Source: a virus
Strand: one strand, 5' to 3'
Length of the DNA: 64,000 bases
Virus record (IMG/VR): IMGVR_UViG_3300036795_000211
Span: 1 to 64,000 of that record
Shown: positions 25,998 to 35,097 of the stretch, piece by piece
How the letters are laid out: every line of letters starts with the position of its first letter
How positions within the stretch are numbered: the first letter of the stretch is position 1
The notes under the pieces: model-generated
Database searches by the model: none
Told to the model about the DNA's origin: nothing
What the model saw: only the letters and a program-made list of their open reading frames with translations
Program-made: the position numbers and the translations under genes

Positions 25998-28096
25998 GAC
26001 TTCTTGATACCTCCAAGATCGTACTCCTGCGGCATCATCTTCAGCTTTGCGTACTCCGCGTACGCTCTAGCCGCTGCCCGCGGATTCGAATTCGCCGTTG
26101 CCTCGGTCCACAGCTCGGCCATTAGCTCGCTCGGCGATTGAGATGCGTATTCCGAGATGTTCGCCTTAATCGCCGGCGCATTCGCCTCGACCCACTTCTG
26201 CAGCGTCCCCCGGTTTATCAGTGCGTCCGCGCGATCGACACTGTCCTGCGTCATTCCGGCGAACACTTTGTCGATCTCCGCCGTCATCTGCGGACGATTG
26301 GCCTTTAGCGCCTCGTACGGCGCACGCATTTCGGCCACCGTGGTATGCGACAACTCCGGTCGGGTTGCGCCGATCGAATCAGCTATCGTATTCCACAGTT
26401 CCTGCGTAAAGCCGCCTTGCGGAAGGTGACGATGTACGCCGTGTCCGATCTCGTGGGTGAAGTTCGACTGAAAGCGGCCGACCTTTTCGTTGGTCGGTAC
26501 GTGAAATCCGGAGGACTCCTCGTCGCCCTTCCCCCGAAGGGTGTGCAGCTTCGGATGCAGCGTTATCTCGCCGCCGGGTCCGTGCGTCCCCGCCGTATAT
26601 GCGCCGGGGCGACTCTTCGCAGTTTCCGGATCAACGGTGCTCTGCGGCTTTTCAACGGTGACGTGCGTGGCGGAAACAACATGCGGAGCGTGCTTCGACT
26701 GAATTTCGAGAACCTTCTCGATCTTCTGCTTGAAGCGTACCTTCTCGCCGGGTGAGTATAGGAACGTACTCACCGTAGGATCGGACTCGTTTATCGTTAC
26801 ACCGCGACTCTTTACCGGTTCCGGTGCAGGCGGAAGTCCGGCCCGCTGTAGGTCCGCGTTGTACCGTGCTCGCTCCTCCGGATTTAGCCGGGACGCCACC
26901 TTTTCCGTTAGCTTTTCGTTCGCCGCTCGGGCACGAGTGTTGTAATCCGCTATTGCTCCCGCGCTACCCTGCTTGTCGTTCGGTAGGGTTAGCGATACCA
27001 GCTTACCGTTCTCCTGCTGACGCTCTACTACGAAGCCATTTTCCTCGAGCTTCGCCGCGTACGCCGTTAGATTGTTGTGTACCCGATCCGCGGTAGACGA
27101 ATTGCGGCTGCCCAACGAGCTACCGGTGTAGTGCTCAATTCGCACCCCGTTGTCACCGGCGGATACTTCGTGTCCCGGATCGTAATTGCGCCAGCCCTTG
27201 ACGGACGTCGAATGGCTCTTCACGGCCGCGAATCCGGACGAGCTTAGCGCAGAACGCGCTCGTCGCGCATTGACTTCGGCTGCTACGCGACCCTTTCCCT
27301 TCTCCACGGCTTGCACGTGCGCCGTCAAGGCAGTGTACTGCGAATCACCGCCGCCGAGGTAGATCTCCTTGCTGTTCCCGCTAGTGAGGAACGAGCCACC
27401 GGAGGACTTGTTCGTGGTAACGGCACCGATGTGCTTGTCGTCATGCCGAAAAGTGGTGACCCAGTCCTTGTGCTGCGTCGGAACGACACCACGACGCTGC
27501 TCCCGTAGATTCGGATACGAGTGTCCGGTACGCTCAATCGGTTCGGAGGTCGTTACCTCGGAAGGGTGTATTCCGCCCTTGCGGCGGCGTGAGCTCCTCG
27601 GTACCCGCGGGGCCTTGACCGCGGGAGGCGAAGCCACCTGGAGGTCCTCGCGATTGGCTACCTCGGCGTGGACTTCCTTCCAGAATTCCGTCCGATGCGC
27701 TGACCCCGGGTGATCCTCGCTGAGTCCGCGATCATTCGCGTTCTGCATCGCACTAGCCACGGCGTCATCGTATGCCGCGGTTTTCGGGAACGCCGATACC
27801 TTTCGACGCCACTCCGATTCCGTACCACCGAGACCGACCGGGGATTCACCGGGTGTCGTTTCCATCTTCGGAGCGGCTTCTTGACCCGGCTCGACCGACT
27901 TCGTGTGCATTCCGAGCTTGCGCGACTTGCGTACTGCGTTCTCGGCCTTTAGCCGTTCAGGGTGACCCGCGGGATGCGCCGCTCGAGCCTCAGTCCGAGC
28001 CGTTAGCAGCTCGGAGTGTGGCGTAACGCCGGGTATTCCGTGGAATACCCAGCCGTGGGAGTACCCTTTCGGTCCCACAAGGTCGAGCGTGCGCAT
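25994..28096 (-). CDS. 700-aa protein with C-terminal zincin-like metallopeptidase
   Basis: THEIGHG plus ISEYA...ELMAELW. Confidence 0.7.
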   Translation of the reverse strand: MRTLDLVGPKGYSHGWVFHGIPGVTPHSELLTARTEARAAHPAGHPERLKAENAVRKSRKLGMHTKSVEPGQEAAPKMETTPGESPVGLGGTESEWRRKVSAFPKTAAYDDAVASAMQNANDRGLSEDHPGSAHRTEFWKEVHAEVANREDLQVASPPAVKAPRVPRSSRRRKGGIHPSEVTTSEPIERTGHSYPNLREQRRGVVPTQHKDWVTTFRHDDKHIGAVTTNKSSGGSFLTSGNSKEIYLGGGDSQYTALTAHVQAVEKGKGRVAAEVNARRARSALSSSGFAAVKSHSTSVKGWRNYDPGHEVSAGDNGVRIEHYTGSSLGSRNSSTADRVHNNLTAYAAKLEENGFVVERQQENGKLVSLTLPNDKQGSAGAIADYNTRARAANEKLTEKVASRLNPEERARYNADLQRAGLPPAPEPVKSRGVTINESDPTVSTFLYSPGEKVRFKQKIEKVLEIQSKHAPHVVSATHVTVEKPQSTVDPETAKSRPGAYTAGTHGPGGEITLHPKLHTLRGKGDEESSGFHVPTNEKVGRFQSNFTHEIGHGVHRHLPQGGFTQELWNTIADSIGATRPELSHTTVAEMRAPYEALKANRPQMTAEIDKVFAGMTQDSVDRADALINRGTLQKWVEANAPAIKANISEYASQSPSELMAELWTEATANSNPRAAARAYAEYAKLKMMPQEYDLGGIKKS

Positions 28097-28108
28097 CCCG
28101 CGCCCTTT

Positions 28109-28942
28109 CTACTGAACGCCGTTACGAGCGGCCCAACGCGTCAGTGCCTGGTACGCACCCAGCACATCGGCATCGACCGAAGGACTGGGAGTCGGTGCCG
28201 GCGGGGCCGAGGTCAGTGCCTTCGGAACGTTTACGTCGCCGTTCTCGGAAAGCAGTCGCGCCCAGGTGTCCCACGACATGTAACCGCGGCCGTCCACGCC
28301 CCAGCTCGCCCCCCACGAGTTCTGGAAGCCGACGAGCTGCGGCTCGATCACGATCTCATCGAAGCACATCTCGTGTCCACCGGCCACTCCGGAACCCGGC
28401 GAGATCGAAATGACTCCCTTCGAGTTCGGAGTGAACATCGACTCGTAGAAGTTGAAGCCGGAGATGGTCGGCTGCTTCTCCAGCGCTCCGAGTGCCGTGC
28501 TAAGCGACAGCGCGTGAAGGTACCCGGAGATGTACCCGTCGTTCTTCGCTGCCTTGCAGGCCGACGTTCCGTCCGATCCGGTGTCCTCGGAACCCGGAGC
28601 CGTGGGATTCTTCCAGTTGTACGTTCCCGGGAACGAGTCGAGCGCCGTGGCCTCGCCGTAGAACTCCTGTGCGAGGTTCTCGCCTCGGGTCTGCATTGCC
28701 TGCTGGAGGATCGCCGTAAGCGCGTCCCAGAGCGGACCGGATGCACAGGCACCGCCGATAGCGTTTCCGGTACACGCACCGGTCTGAAGCTGGTCGTAAA
28801 TCGGAATGTGCCGCGGCCACTTCACCGGCGTGTACGTCGCCTCGCGTGTTGCGAGGAAGTGCAGGTTACGGGAGTCGAACGCGAAGTGGCGACCCAGTCT
28901 CGGGTCACGAACGAGCGGATATCGGGCAGTTGAGATCGTCAT
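28109..28942 (-). CDS. papain-like (C1) cysteine peptidase
   Basis: DQLQTGACTG, GGHE and QNSWGASWGVDG catalytic motifs; ATGA overlap with MuF. Confidence 0.85.
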   Translation of the reverse strand: MTISTARYPLVRDPRLGRHFAFDSRNLHFLATREATYTPVKWPRHIPIYDQLQTGACTGNAIGGACASGPLWDALTAILQQAMQTRGENLAQEFYGEATALDSFPGTYNWKNPTAPGSEDTGSDGTSACKAAKNDGYISGYLHALSLSTALGALEKQPTISGFNFYESMFTPNSKGVISISPGSGVAGGHEMCFDEIVIEPQLVGFQNSWGASWGVDGRGYMSWDTWARLLSENGDVNVPKALTSAPPAPTPSPSVDADVLGAYQALTRWAARNGVQ

Positions 28943-29607
28943 GCGTTGCCTCCTGTTGGTAGCATTCGAGCACCCCGATGCGGAGCACCGGGGAAACACC
29001 GACAGTGAACGTGGACCGTTCCCGGCCAGCCGATCTTCGGCGGGATTAGCGCACTGAAATTCTTGCCATTAGCGTTCCGACACTCCGCCGTCGTTCGGCT
29101 ATCGTTCTTGCTATACCACCCGAGAACCGTACCGTACTGCTGTCCTAGCGCGTCGATCGTGGACGCCGCTATTATCCGTTGTGCCGACGCTTGAATGTGC
29201 TGCCCGTAAAACCGTCGCTCCGCATACCGAGCAGTGTTTGCCGCTACGTTTGGGTTCTCACCGTGCGCGCGGGCTTCTGCAATTTCCCGACGCAAACGTG
29301 TAAGCGCATTCACGAGGTACGCGGAGCGACGGAGCTCGTTCTCGCGGATCATTTCGGCTTGTGCGGCTCCGACACCTTGCATCTGCGGCATCGGGAACTC
29401 GTCGATTATCGCTAGTGCGATCTGCAGTGCGGACATTCCGACCTTGTCGGCGACCCGAATACCGAGCAACCGCGAGAGCGCGGGAAGGGCAGCCGTTGCA
29501 CTAAGGAACATCGAACCGCCGAGGATTAGCGCTACGGTTCCGACCAGTGCGGTATTGCTTTGCTGCGGCGGAATCTGCGTTTGCGTGTTAGGCTGCACGC
29601 TGTCCAC
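28939..29607 (-). CDS. MuF-like minor head protein (short form)
   Basis: W...ND.RT..EC...GK.F...P..H..CRC motif. Confidence 0.85.
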   Translation of the reverse strand: MDSVQPNTQTQIPPQQSNTALVGTVALILGGSMFLSATAALPALSRLLGIRVADKVGMSALQIALAIIDEFPMPQMQGVGAAQAEMIRENELRRSAYLVNALTRLRREIAEARAHGENPNVAANTARYAERRFYGQHIQASAQRIIAASTIDALGQQYGTVLGWYSKNDSRTTAECRNANGKNFSALIPPKIGWPGTVHVHCRCFPGAPHRGARMLPTGGNA

Positions 29608-31096
29608 CTCCGGCGGCTGCGGCTAGCTTCGATGCAGCATCTGCGGCCCCCGCGATACGTGCGGCACCTTGACCGATCGGCGAGGCGCCCATCGCACTTG
29701 CTTGCGCTGCCTGCTGTGCTCGGTAATCGGCAGCGTGGGACAGGATCGTCACTACCTTGTCCTGCGGAAGGTTGAAGATGGTCGACACCTTTTCGGCCAC
29801 CAGGTCAAGGAACTCCGGCGGGATGTTCAACTTCGGAGCAGCCATTCCGGCCTGCAGCAATCCGACGATCTGTGCCGAATCGGTCTGCGACAACGGTGAG
29901 GAGACCAAGCGGGGCACCTTCGCATTCGCACCCCACTTGTTTAGGATGCACAACGGTGCCGTAACCTCGGACGTAAACTGGTCGCAGATCTCCGTTTTCA
30001 CGGCCTCGCGGTGCTTGAGGAAGAAGTCGGACTGCGACTCGGACAACGCATAGGACCCGCGACCCAGCGCTGCCGCATTACCGAGCTCCAAGAACCCGGC
30101 TAGAACGCTTCGACTCTGATAGCTCTGGAGGAACTGCAGCGCGGCTTGAAACTGCTGCGCGCCCTGACCCTGCGAGGCGATTACGTCGAATAGCTTTCCA
30201 CCTTGCGGCGGACGCTGAAAGCCCGCCACTCCGGAGGACTTCATCGACGCGATCGTTTCGGCTATCTCATTCGCCGAGGTCGGGTCCGGTCCGTAGGCCG
30301 CAATCTTCGGAAGCGATTGCTGCTCGAGGAACTGGAACCACAGGAACAGCAGCTTCTGCTTCTGCTTGTAGCACCAGTACGTTACGTCCATGTCGGAGAT
30401 ACCCGTCAATGGCTGACGGTGCATTCCGTGAATGAACACGAACGCTCTCGGCTTGTAGATCCGAATGTAACCGTCCCAGTTGTTTCCGAATCGCTCCTTG
30501 GCTTTCGGGTTCGTTGAGAACCACCACGCACGCTGACGGAATCCGGTCATCTTTGCCGTGTGTTCGTCCCGCATCACCTCACACGTCTCCGGAGGACGCC
30601 AGTTCAGCGACTCGAGCTTGACGACATTACCTTCGGGGTTCGTCCACTCCTTCTCGAAGAACGCCTTTCGGTGGTACGTACCTCCGGACATCTGACCGAT
30701 GATCGTCGACATATTCGGAGTGATACCGCCGGCCTCGACCGGACTCTCGAGCTGCTCCTGCACCAGATCGAGCTCTCCGGTGTCACCCTTCTGTCCTTCG
30801 AAGCTGTACGTAGCTGCACGTATCGGCAGGGTCAGTGCTTGCTCGATCATGATTGCGTCGCCGTCTCGACGAAGCATTTCGTCGAGGTCCCGGATCTTCC
30901 ATTCGCCGGTCTCGAATACCGAACCGTCCTGGAACGAGACGAACATCCGGGTGTAGAGGTCGAACGCCGTACCCGATTCACCCTGCAGTAGCCGACGCTT
31001 CTGCGCCTTCGTAAGCTTCGGAAGGGAATCGATAACGTCCTTCGGAGCGGGAGGCGGCTTCTTCCGGGCTAGCCCGTTTCCGGCGATCGTAGCCAT
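29588..31096 (-). CDS. portal protein (DUF935/Mu gp29-like)
   Basis: Follows terL; SVLAGFL.LG...GSYALSES motif. Confidence 0.85.
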   Translation of the reverse strand: MATIAGNGLARKKPPPAPKDVIDSLPKLTKAQKRRLLQGESGTAFDLYTRMFVSFQDGSVFETGEWKIRDLDEMLRRDGDAIMIEQALTLPIRAATYSFEGQKGDTGELDLVQEQLESPVEAGGITPNMSTIIGQMSGGTYHRKAFFEKEWTNPEGNVVKLESLNWRPPETCEVMRDEHTAKMTGFRQRAWWFSTNPKAKERFGNNWDGYIRIYKPRAFVFIHGMHRQPLTGISDMDVTYWCYKQKQKLLFLWFQFLEQQSLPKIAAYGPDPTSANEIAETIASMKSSGVAGFQRPPQGGKLFDVIASQGQGAQQFQAALQFLQSYQSRSVLAGFLELGNAAALGRGSYALSESQSDFFLKHREAVKTEICDQFTSEVTAPLCILNKWGANAKVPRLVSSPLSQTDSAQIVGLLQAGMAAPKLNIPPEFLDLVAEKVSTIFNLPQDKVVTILSHAADYRAQQAAQASAMGASPIGQGAARIAGAADAASKLAAAAGGGQRAA

Positions 31097-32871
31097 CAGT
31101 CCCAGCCTCCGCTAGTGTCGTACGAATGCACGTTCGTGTGCGTATGTCCGCCGGTCCGGGTCAATCCGGCCTGCGCTAGTTGCTCAATCCGATTCCGTGC
31201 GTCATTCGCGCTTCTCCGTGAACGGGACGCGGGGGGTCCAGGAGCCCATTCGTCCAGGTCCTCTTCTCCGACGCTGTAGGCATGTATCCGCGCTCGCCCC
31301 TCCGAGCTCGAATCGGGCCAGAACGTCATCACGATTGCGTCACCGCAGTCCGGTGAGCGCTTGAGCCGCTTTACGACATTCTCTTTCGGCTCTACGGCGA
31401 TGATCCCGCCGGTCTTTACCTTCCACGTCGGGATCGTGAGATCGGCAAGGAGATCCTCATCCCGCGGAAACGCCACGTTACCCGGTCCGTTTACGGGGTC
31501 CAGCAACTCCCGGACATGCCAGTACGCTGCTGAACGGATATTTGCGAATCCGAACTCTCCGGTAACGTCACGGAGTCCCTCGGCTCGTCCGGCACCGATA
31601 TACGGAATAACCGGAAGTCGCGTATGCCGAATCTTGTTCACGACGCCAATTCCGATTCCCGTGGCGTCAACGCAGGCCAGCGCTCCGCCGATTGTCTGAA
31701 GCCGACCGATCAAACGCGAGGCCGTGGTTTCGGTGTCCTGCTGTCCGACGCGTTCCATCGACATCACGATCGGACCGACACGGTTCGTCATCACCGTCTC
31801 GTCCTTTCCGGTGTCGGCAACGTCGCACCCTAGGATCAATCGACCGTCCGGGCGTGGGCGACCCGCCTCGTCCCACAAGTCCCACCGGCGGAAGGCGGAT
31901 TCGATCCACGAGAGAGGAATGAGCCCTTCGGACCCTTCCTCCGGGGGCCTCCCGCGGACCTTGCTCCACCACAGCGCCGGTTCACGCCAGCGTACCTTAC
32001 CAGTTTCGGGGTCTTCGAATCGTCTTACGCCCCAGCGCTCCATTCGCTCGTGTACCCATACGGGAGAGAGGAGAACGTCGTTCCATTCCTTGCGGATGTA
32101 CAACGGGACCTGCATCTCACGGAGCTTCTTGTCCGCCGGCGGAATACCGTTGTCGATCATGTACTGCTTCAGGTCCGGGTACTTCGAGACCGCTTTCTTC
32201 GTGAAGTTCGGGGTGCGCAAACCGTCGATCGGTACGACATTCCATCCGGACCCCGGGCGGACCACCTTCGCAAAATGCGAGTCCGCCGAATCGGGGTTAC
32301 CAATAGCCAGGACATGAGCCGCACCCGAAGAGGCCAACGTGTCCGCCGCGATCCAAAGCGCCTCGGGAATGCCGTCAGCTTCCTCCAGCACGATGAGAAT
32401 GAACTTCGCATGAATACCCTGGAACGATGCAACTTCGGTAGGACGACGACCAAAAGCCACGAGCTCGTCACCAATACGCCATTGCGGATATCCTGCACGG
32501 GTGAGCCTCCCCCGTAGCTTTGCCATCGTGTGGACCTTCTGCAACTCGCGCCAGAGTACGGACTCGACCTGGGCGGAGGTCGGTGCGGTCGTGACGACAA
32601 ACGCACTACCGACCGGATGCGAGTCAATGAAGTGGCCGACCTTCATTGCGGAGTAACGTGACTTACCTGCGGCGTGGCAACTGGGCACCGCCGTATAGCG
32701 ATTCTCGACGACCGATTGATTAATCGCAATCTGGGCAGGCGTTAGCCACGTTCCCAAGCGGGTCTGCGACCAGCGTTCGAACGAGTCCGTCGTTCGCGGC
32801 TGGAACATTGCCGCTGCTAGCGCAAGTGGATCCGTGTCGATCAAGTCACTCGCGGTAAGCAATTCCGTCAA
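31096..32871 (-). CDS. terL: terminase large subunit
   Basis: SCHAAGKS Walker A, LEEADG, IGNP, GCDVA..G.D and RSPDCGDA nuclease motifs. Confidence 0.95.
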   Translation of the reverse strand: MTELLTASDLIDTDPLALAAAMFQPRTTDSFERWSQTRLGTWLTPAQIAINQSVVENRYTAVPSCHAAGKSRYSAMKVGHFIDSHPVGSAFVVTTAPTSAQVESVLWRELQKVHTMAKLRGRLTRAGYPQWRIGDELVAFGRRPTEVASFQGIHAKFILIVLEEADGIPEALWIAADTLASSGAAHVLAIGNPDSADSHFAKVVRPGSGWNVVPIDGLRTPNFTKKAVSKYPDLKQYMIDNGIPPADKKLREMQVPLYIRKEWNDVLLSPVWVHERMERWGVRRFEDPETGKVRWREPALWWSKVRGRPPEEGSEGLIPLSWIESAFRRWDLWDEAGRPRPDGRLILGCDVADTGKDETVMTNRVGPIVMSMERVGQQDTETTASRLIGRLQTIGGALACVDATGIGIGVVNKIRHTRLPVIPYIGAGRAEGLRDVTGEFGFANIRSAAYWHVRELLDPVNGPGNVAFPRDEDLLADLTIPTWKVKTGGIIAVEPKENVVKRLKRSPDCGDAIVMTFWPDSSSEGRARIHAYSVGEEDLDEWAPGPPASRSRRSANDARNRIEQLAQAGLTRTGGHTHTNVHSYDTSGGWD

Positions 32872-32912
32872 CGAGGTCCAATAGGCCGGAGGTGCAGGTA
32901 TATAACTGCATC

Positions 32913-32939
32913 ATACCCCTGTCGGTAGCTTTCCAAACC
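32913..32939 (-). promoter_or_regulatory. SigF/SigB-type promoter for the terL operon
   Basis: GGTTT-N16-GGGTAT immediately after the terS stop. Confidence 0.65.
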
Positions 32940-33536
32940 TCAGCTACCTAGCACTTTTCCTTCGATTGGCAGGACCTTATTCGTTTCCGGCTCACCGCCA
33001 GTCGTGGCGAGTACCAGCCAGCGGTAGATCGTGGCCCGAACCTGGTCGTCATCGGCATCGATTCCGAGATCGCCAAGCATACCGATAATTGCCCGACCCA
33101 GGTTCTCGGCCTGTCGTTCGGCGAGTCGGACGCGTCGTTCCTCAATCCCCGCCGCCAACGCGGTACGACAGATACTCGCGAGGTGCTTCCGTTCCTGCAG
33201 GTATAGGTCAACCCACAACGACCCAGCGTCCGAAAAGGAACTGAGGTCGATCTCCCGCGGATTGATGTAACCGGACTGCCTCCGGACAAGCCACAGCGAC
33301 TTGACGAATGTCAGCGGATCGCTTAGCTGGATCTGCTCGCGCAGCCATTCGATGTGTCCGGCGGTACGGCGGATCTCCTGCAGCAGCACTTCGGCCGGAT
33401 CCGTGATATCCGAATCGTCACCGTAGAACGCTCTCGCCTTGGACCGGTAGCTTCGGGCCAGCGACGTATCGCCGTTTACCGACCGTGCCGTTCGGCGTAC
33501 CTTGCGTGCGCCCGGGGTCATGTTCTTCGCAGCCAT
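32940..33536 (-). CDS. terS: terminase small subunit
   Basis: DP..LL.EI.R.AGHI.WL...AGIEERRVRLAE actinophage TerS pattern; upstream of terL. Confidence 0.8.
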   Translation of the reverse strand: MAAKNMTPGARKVRRTARSVNGDTSLARSYRSKARAFYGDDSDITDPAEVLLQEIRRTAGHIEWLREQIQLSDPLTFVKSLWLVRRQSGYINPREIDLSSFSDAGSLWVDLYLQERKHLASICRTALAAGIEERRVRLAERQAENLGRAIIGMLGDLGIDADDDQVRATIYRWLVLATTGGEPETNKVLPIEGKVLGS

Positions 33537-33594
33537 ATCCTGGTTGTACCCCGAAATGGCTTAACGTATTCCGTTTCGGGTAAGACAAAAACTT

Positions 33595-33623
33595 TTGCCG
33601 ATTCGAAAATCTTCTGCTATAAT
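33595..33623 (+). promoter_or_regulatory. SigA-type promoter, probably leaderless
   Basis: TTGCCG-17-TATAAT with extended TG; ATG at 33630. Confidence 0.7.
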
Positions 33624-33629
33624 AGCGGT

Positions 33630-34013
33630 ATGGAAACGGAAACGTATGCGCACTACCACAAACGACACGTTCGAGTCTATAAGATTCGCGGCAAGGCGCG
33701 TGCGCAGCCGTGTTTCGTTTGTCACGGAGCAGCAACGGAGTGGGCGACGCTACACTGGTCAAACGGTTCCGATCCACTTAACGACTACGTTCCGATGTGT
33801 CCACTCTGCCACGGCTGGTACGATTCAACTGAGAAGGACGGTCAGATGAAGATTGTCTACCCGCCGAGTTCGAAGCGTCGTCGCATAACCGTTGATAAAC
33901 CGTGCACGAATTGCTTGGAGCCGACGCATTCGCAAATCGGAATCTGCTACCGTCCTAGCTGTCGTCAAGCGTATCGCCGAACGTGGTCGCGGATACGACG
34001 CACTCGAAGCTGA
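33630..34013 (+). CDS. HNH-like (His-Me) endonuclease
   Basis: H.RV..IRG.A...C..C...EWA...DYVPMC..CH..YD. Confidence 0.7.
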   Translation: METETYAHYHKRHVRVYKIRGKARAQPCFVCHGAATEWATLHWSNGSDPLNDYVPMCPLCHGWYDSTEKDGQMKIVYPPSSKRRRITVDKPCTNCLEPTHSQIGICYRPSCRQAYRRTWSRIRRTRS

Positions 34014-34015
34014 CG

Positions 34016-34044
34016 TTGCCGGCCGCCTGCAGGCATGATATACT
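34016..34044 (+). promoter_or_regulatory. SigA-type promoter
   Basis: TTGCCG-17-TATACT with extended TG. Confidence 0.65.
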
Positions 34045-34070
34045 CACGGTGTGAGAGGGAGGTGGCGCAT

Positions 34071-34322
34071 ATGGCCGACAACGGCCCAGCTGCGATACTG
34101 AAGGACATCGAGGAGTTCACGAGGGCGCTCGGCAACCAGGCCTCGCAGGACGTCCTCGAGATGCATCTCAAGGACCTGACCCCGGACGACATCAAGCTGC
34201 GATACCTGTTCGCATGCCAGATGATGGCTTCGTTCCTCGAGCCGGCGGTCCGTAAGGACATGCACATCGGCATGATCAAGATGATGGCGGCGCATGACGG
34301 AGTGGACCTCGATGACGAGTAA
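34071..34322 (+). CDS. hypothetical protein
   Basis: SD ggaggt; high GC3. Confidence 0.7.
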   Translation: MADNGPAAILKDIEEFTRALGNQASQDVLEMHLKDLTPDDIKLRYLFACQMMASFLEPAVRKDMHIGMIKMMAAHDGVDLDDE

Positions 34323-34584
34323 AGCGGAGCACTGGGACGCAACGCCCGGCGTACTGTACGATCTCGATTGGCGACAGTGCCGGTCGTGCCTGCACTGGCA
34401 CCAGGTCACGCAGGAGGACCTGGACGGCAGCGCTGATGCGATCCCGGACCCGGAGCACCCGGACACGGTAATGCTGACCAACGAGCCCGGGAACACCTGT
34501 CCGGACTGCGGTGGCGAACTCGGCGAATGGCTGCCCCGCAATGCGACGGGTCGCGACGAGAACGGAGAGCTGACCTATGAGTAA
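34312..34584 (+). CDS. zinc-ribbon protein
   Basis: CRSC...CPDC. Confidence 0.65.
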   Translation: MTSKAEHWDATPGVLYDLDWRQCRSCLHWHQVTQEDLDGSADAIPDPEHPDTVMLTNEPGNTCPDCGGELGEWLPRNATGRDENGELTYE

Positions 34585-34849
34585 CGCGGTCGAGGAGTGG
34601 GTCAAGCGACACGGTCCGAACGTTACGGACGTGATACCGGGGACGGTCGAGTTCGCAATCGAAACGGACTACGAGTGCGCCCCGACGCTTTCGATAAGTT
34701 GGTCGCAGAAGGTGACTCGCCGGGGACCGAAGTACCACGGAGAAGCTGAGCGACGAACGCGGGAGATGACCGAACATACAACCTGGCATCTCGGCGTTTC
34801 CGAGATCGACCTCACGGCGATGATCAACGAGATCGTGGACGGGACATGA
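34577..34849 (+). CDS. hypothetical protein
   Basis: Coupled ORF. Confidence 0.65.
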   Translation: MSNAVEEWVKRHGPNVTDVIPGTVEFAIETDYECAPTLSISWSQKVTRRGPKYHGEAERRTREMTEHTTWHLGVSEIDLTAMINEIVDGT

Positions 34850-35079
34850 GCACCTGTCGGCGACACACGTCAATCACCGTCACGGTACGCGGGAGGCCCC
34901 GCTGCGGGTGGTGTGGCCACCGGGTCCCGGACGCTGCGGGTGTCGCGCCAGGTCAAACCCGGGACATGATGCTGTCGCACCCCGCAGGAGCTGCTCGGAT
35001 CGCAGTCACGGAGTTGCTGGACCGCCGTCGCGCTCGGAGGCGCGCCCAGGACAGCGGACAGCAGCGCAACGTCGCATAA
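34846..35079 (+). CDS. hypothetical protein (C..H...CxxC)
   Basis: ATGA coupling. Confidence 0.55.
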   Translation: MSTCRRHTSITVTVRGRPRCGWCGHRVPDAAGVAPGQTRDMMLSHPAGAARIAVTELLDRRRARRRAQDSGQQRNVA

Positions 35080-35097
35080 AGAGCCAGCTCAGGCCGC

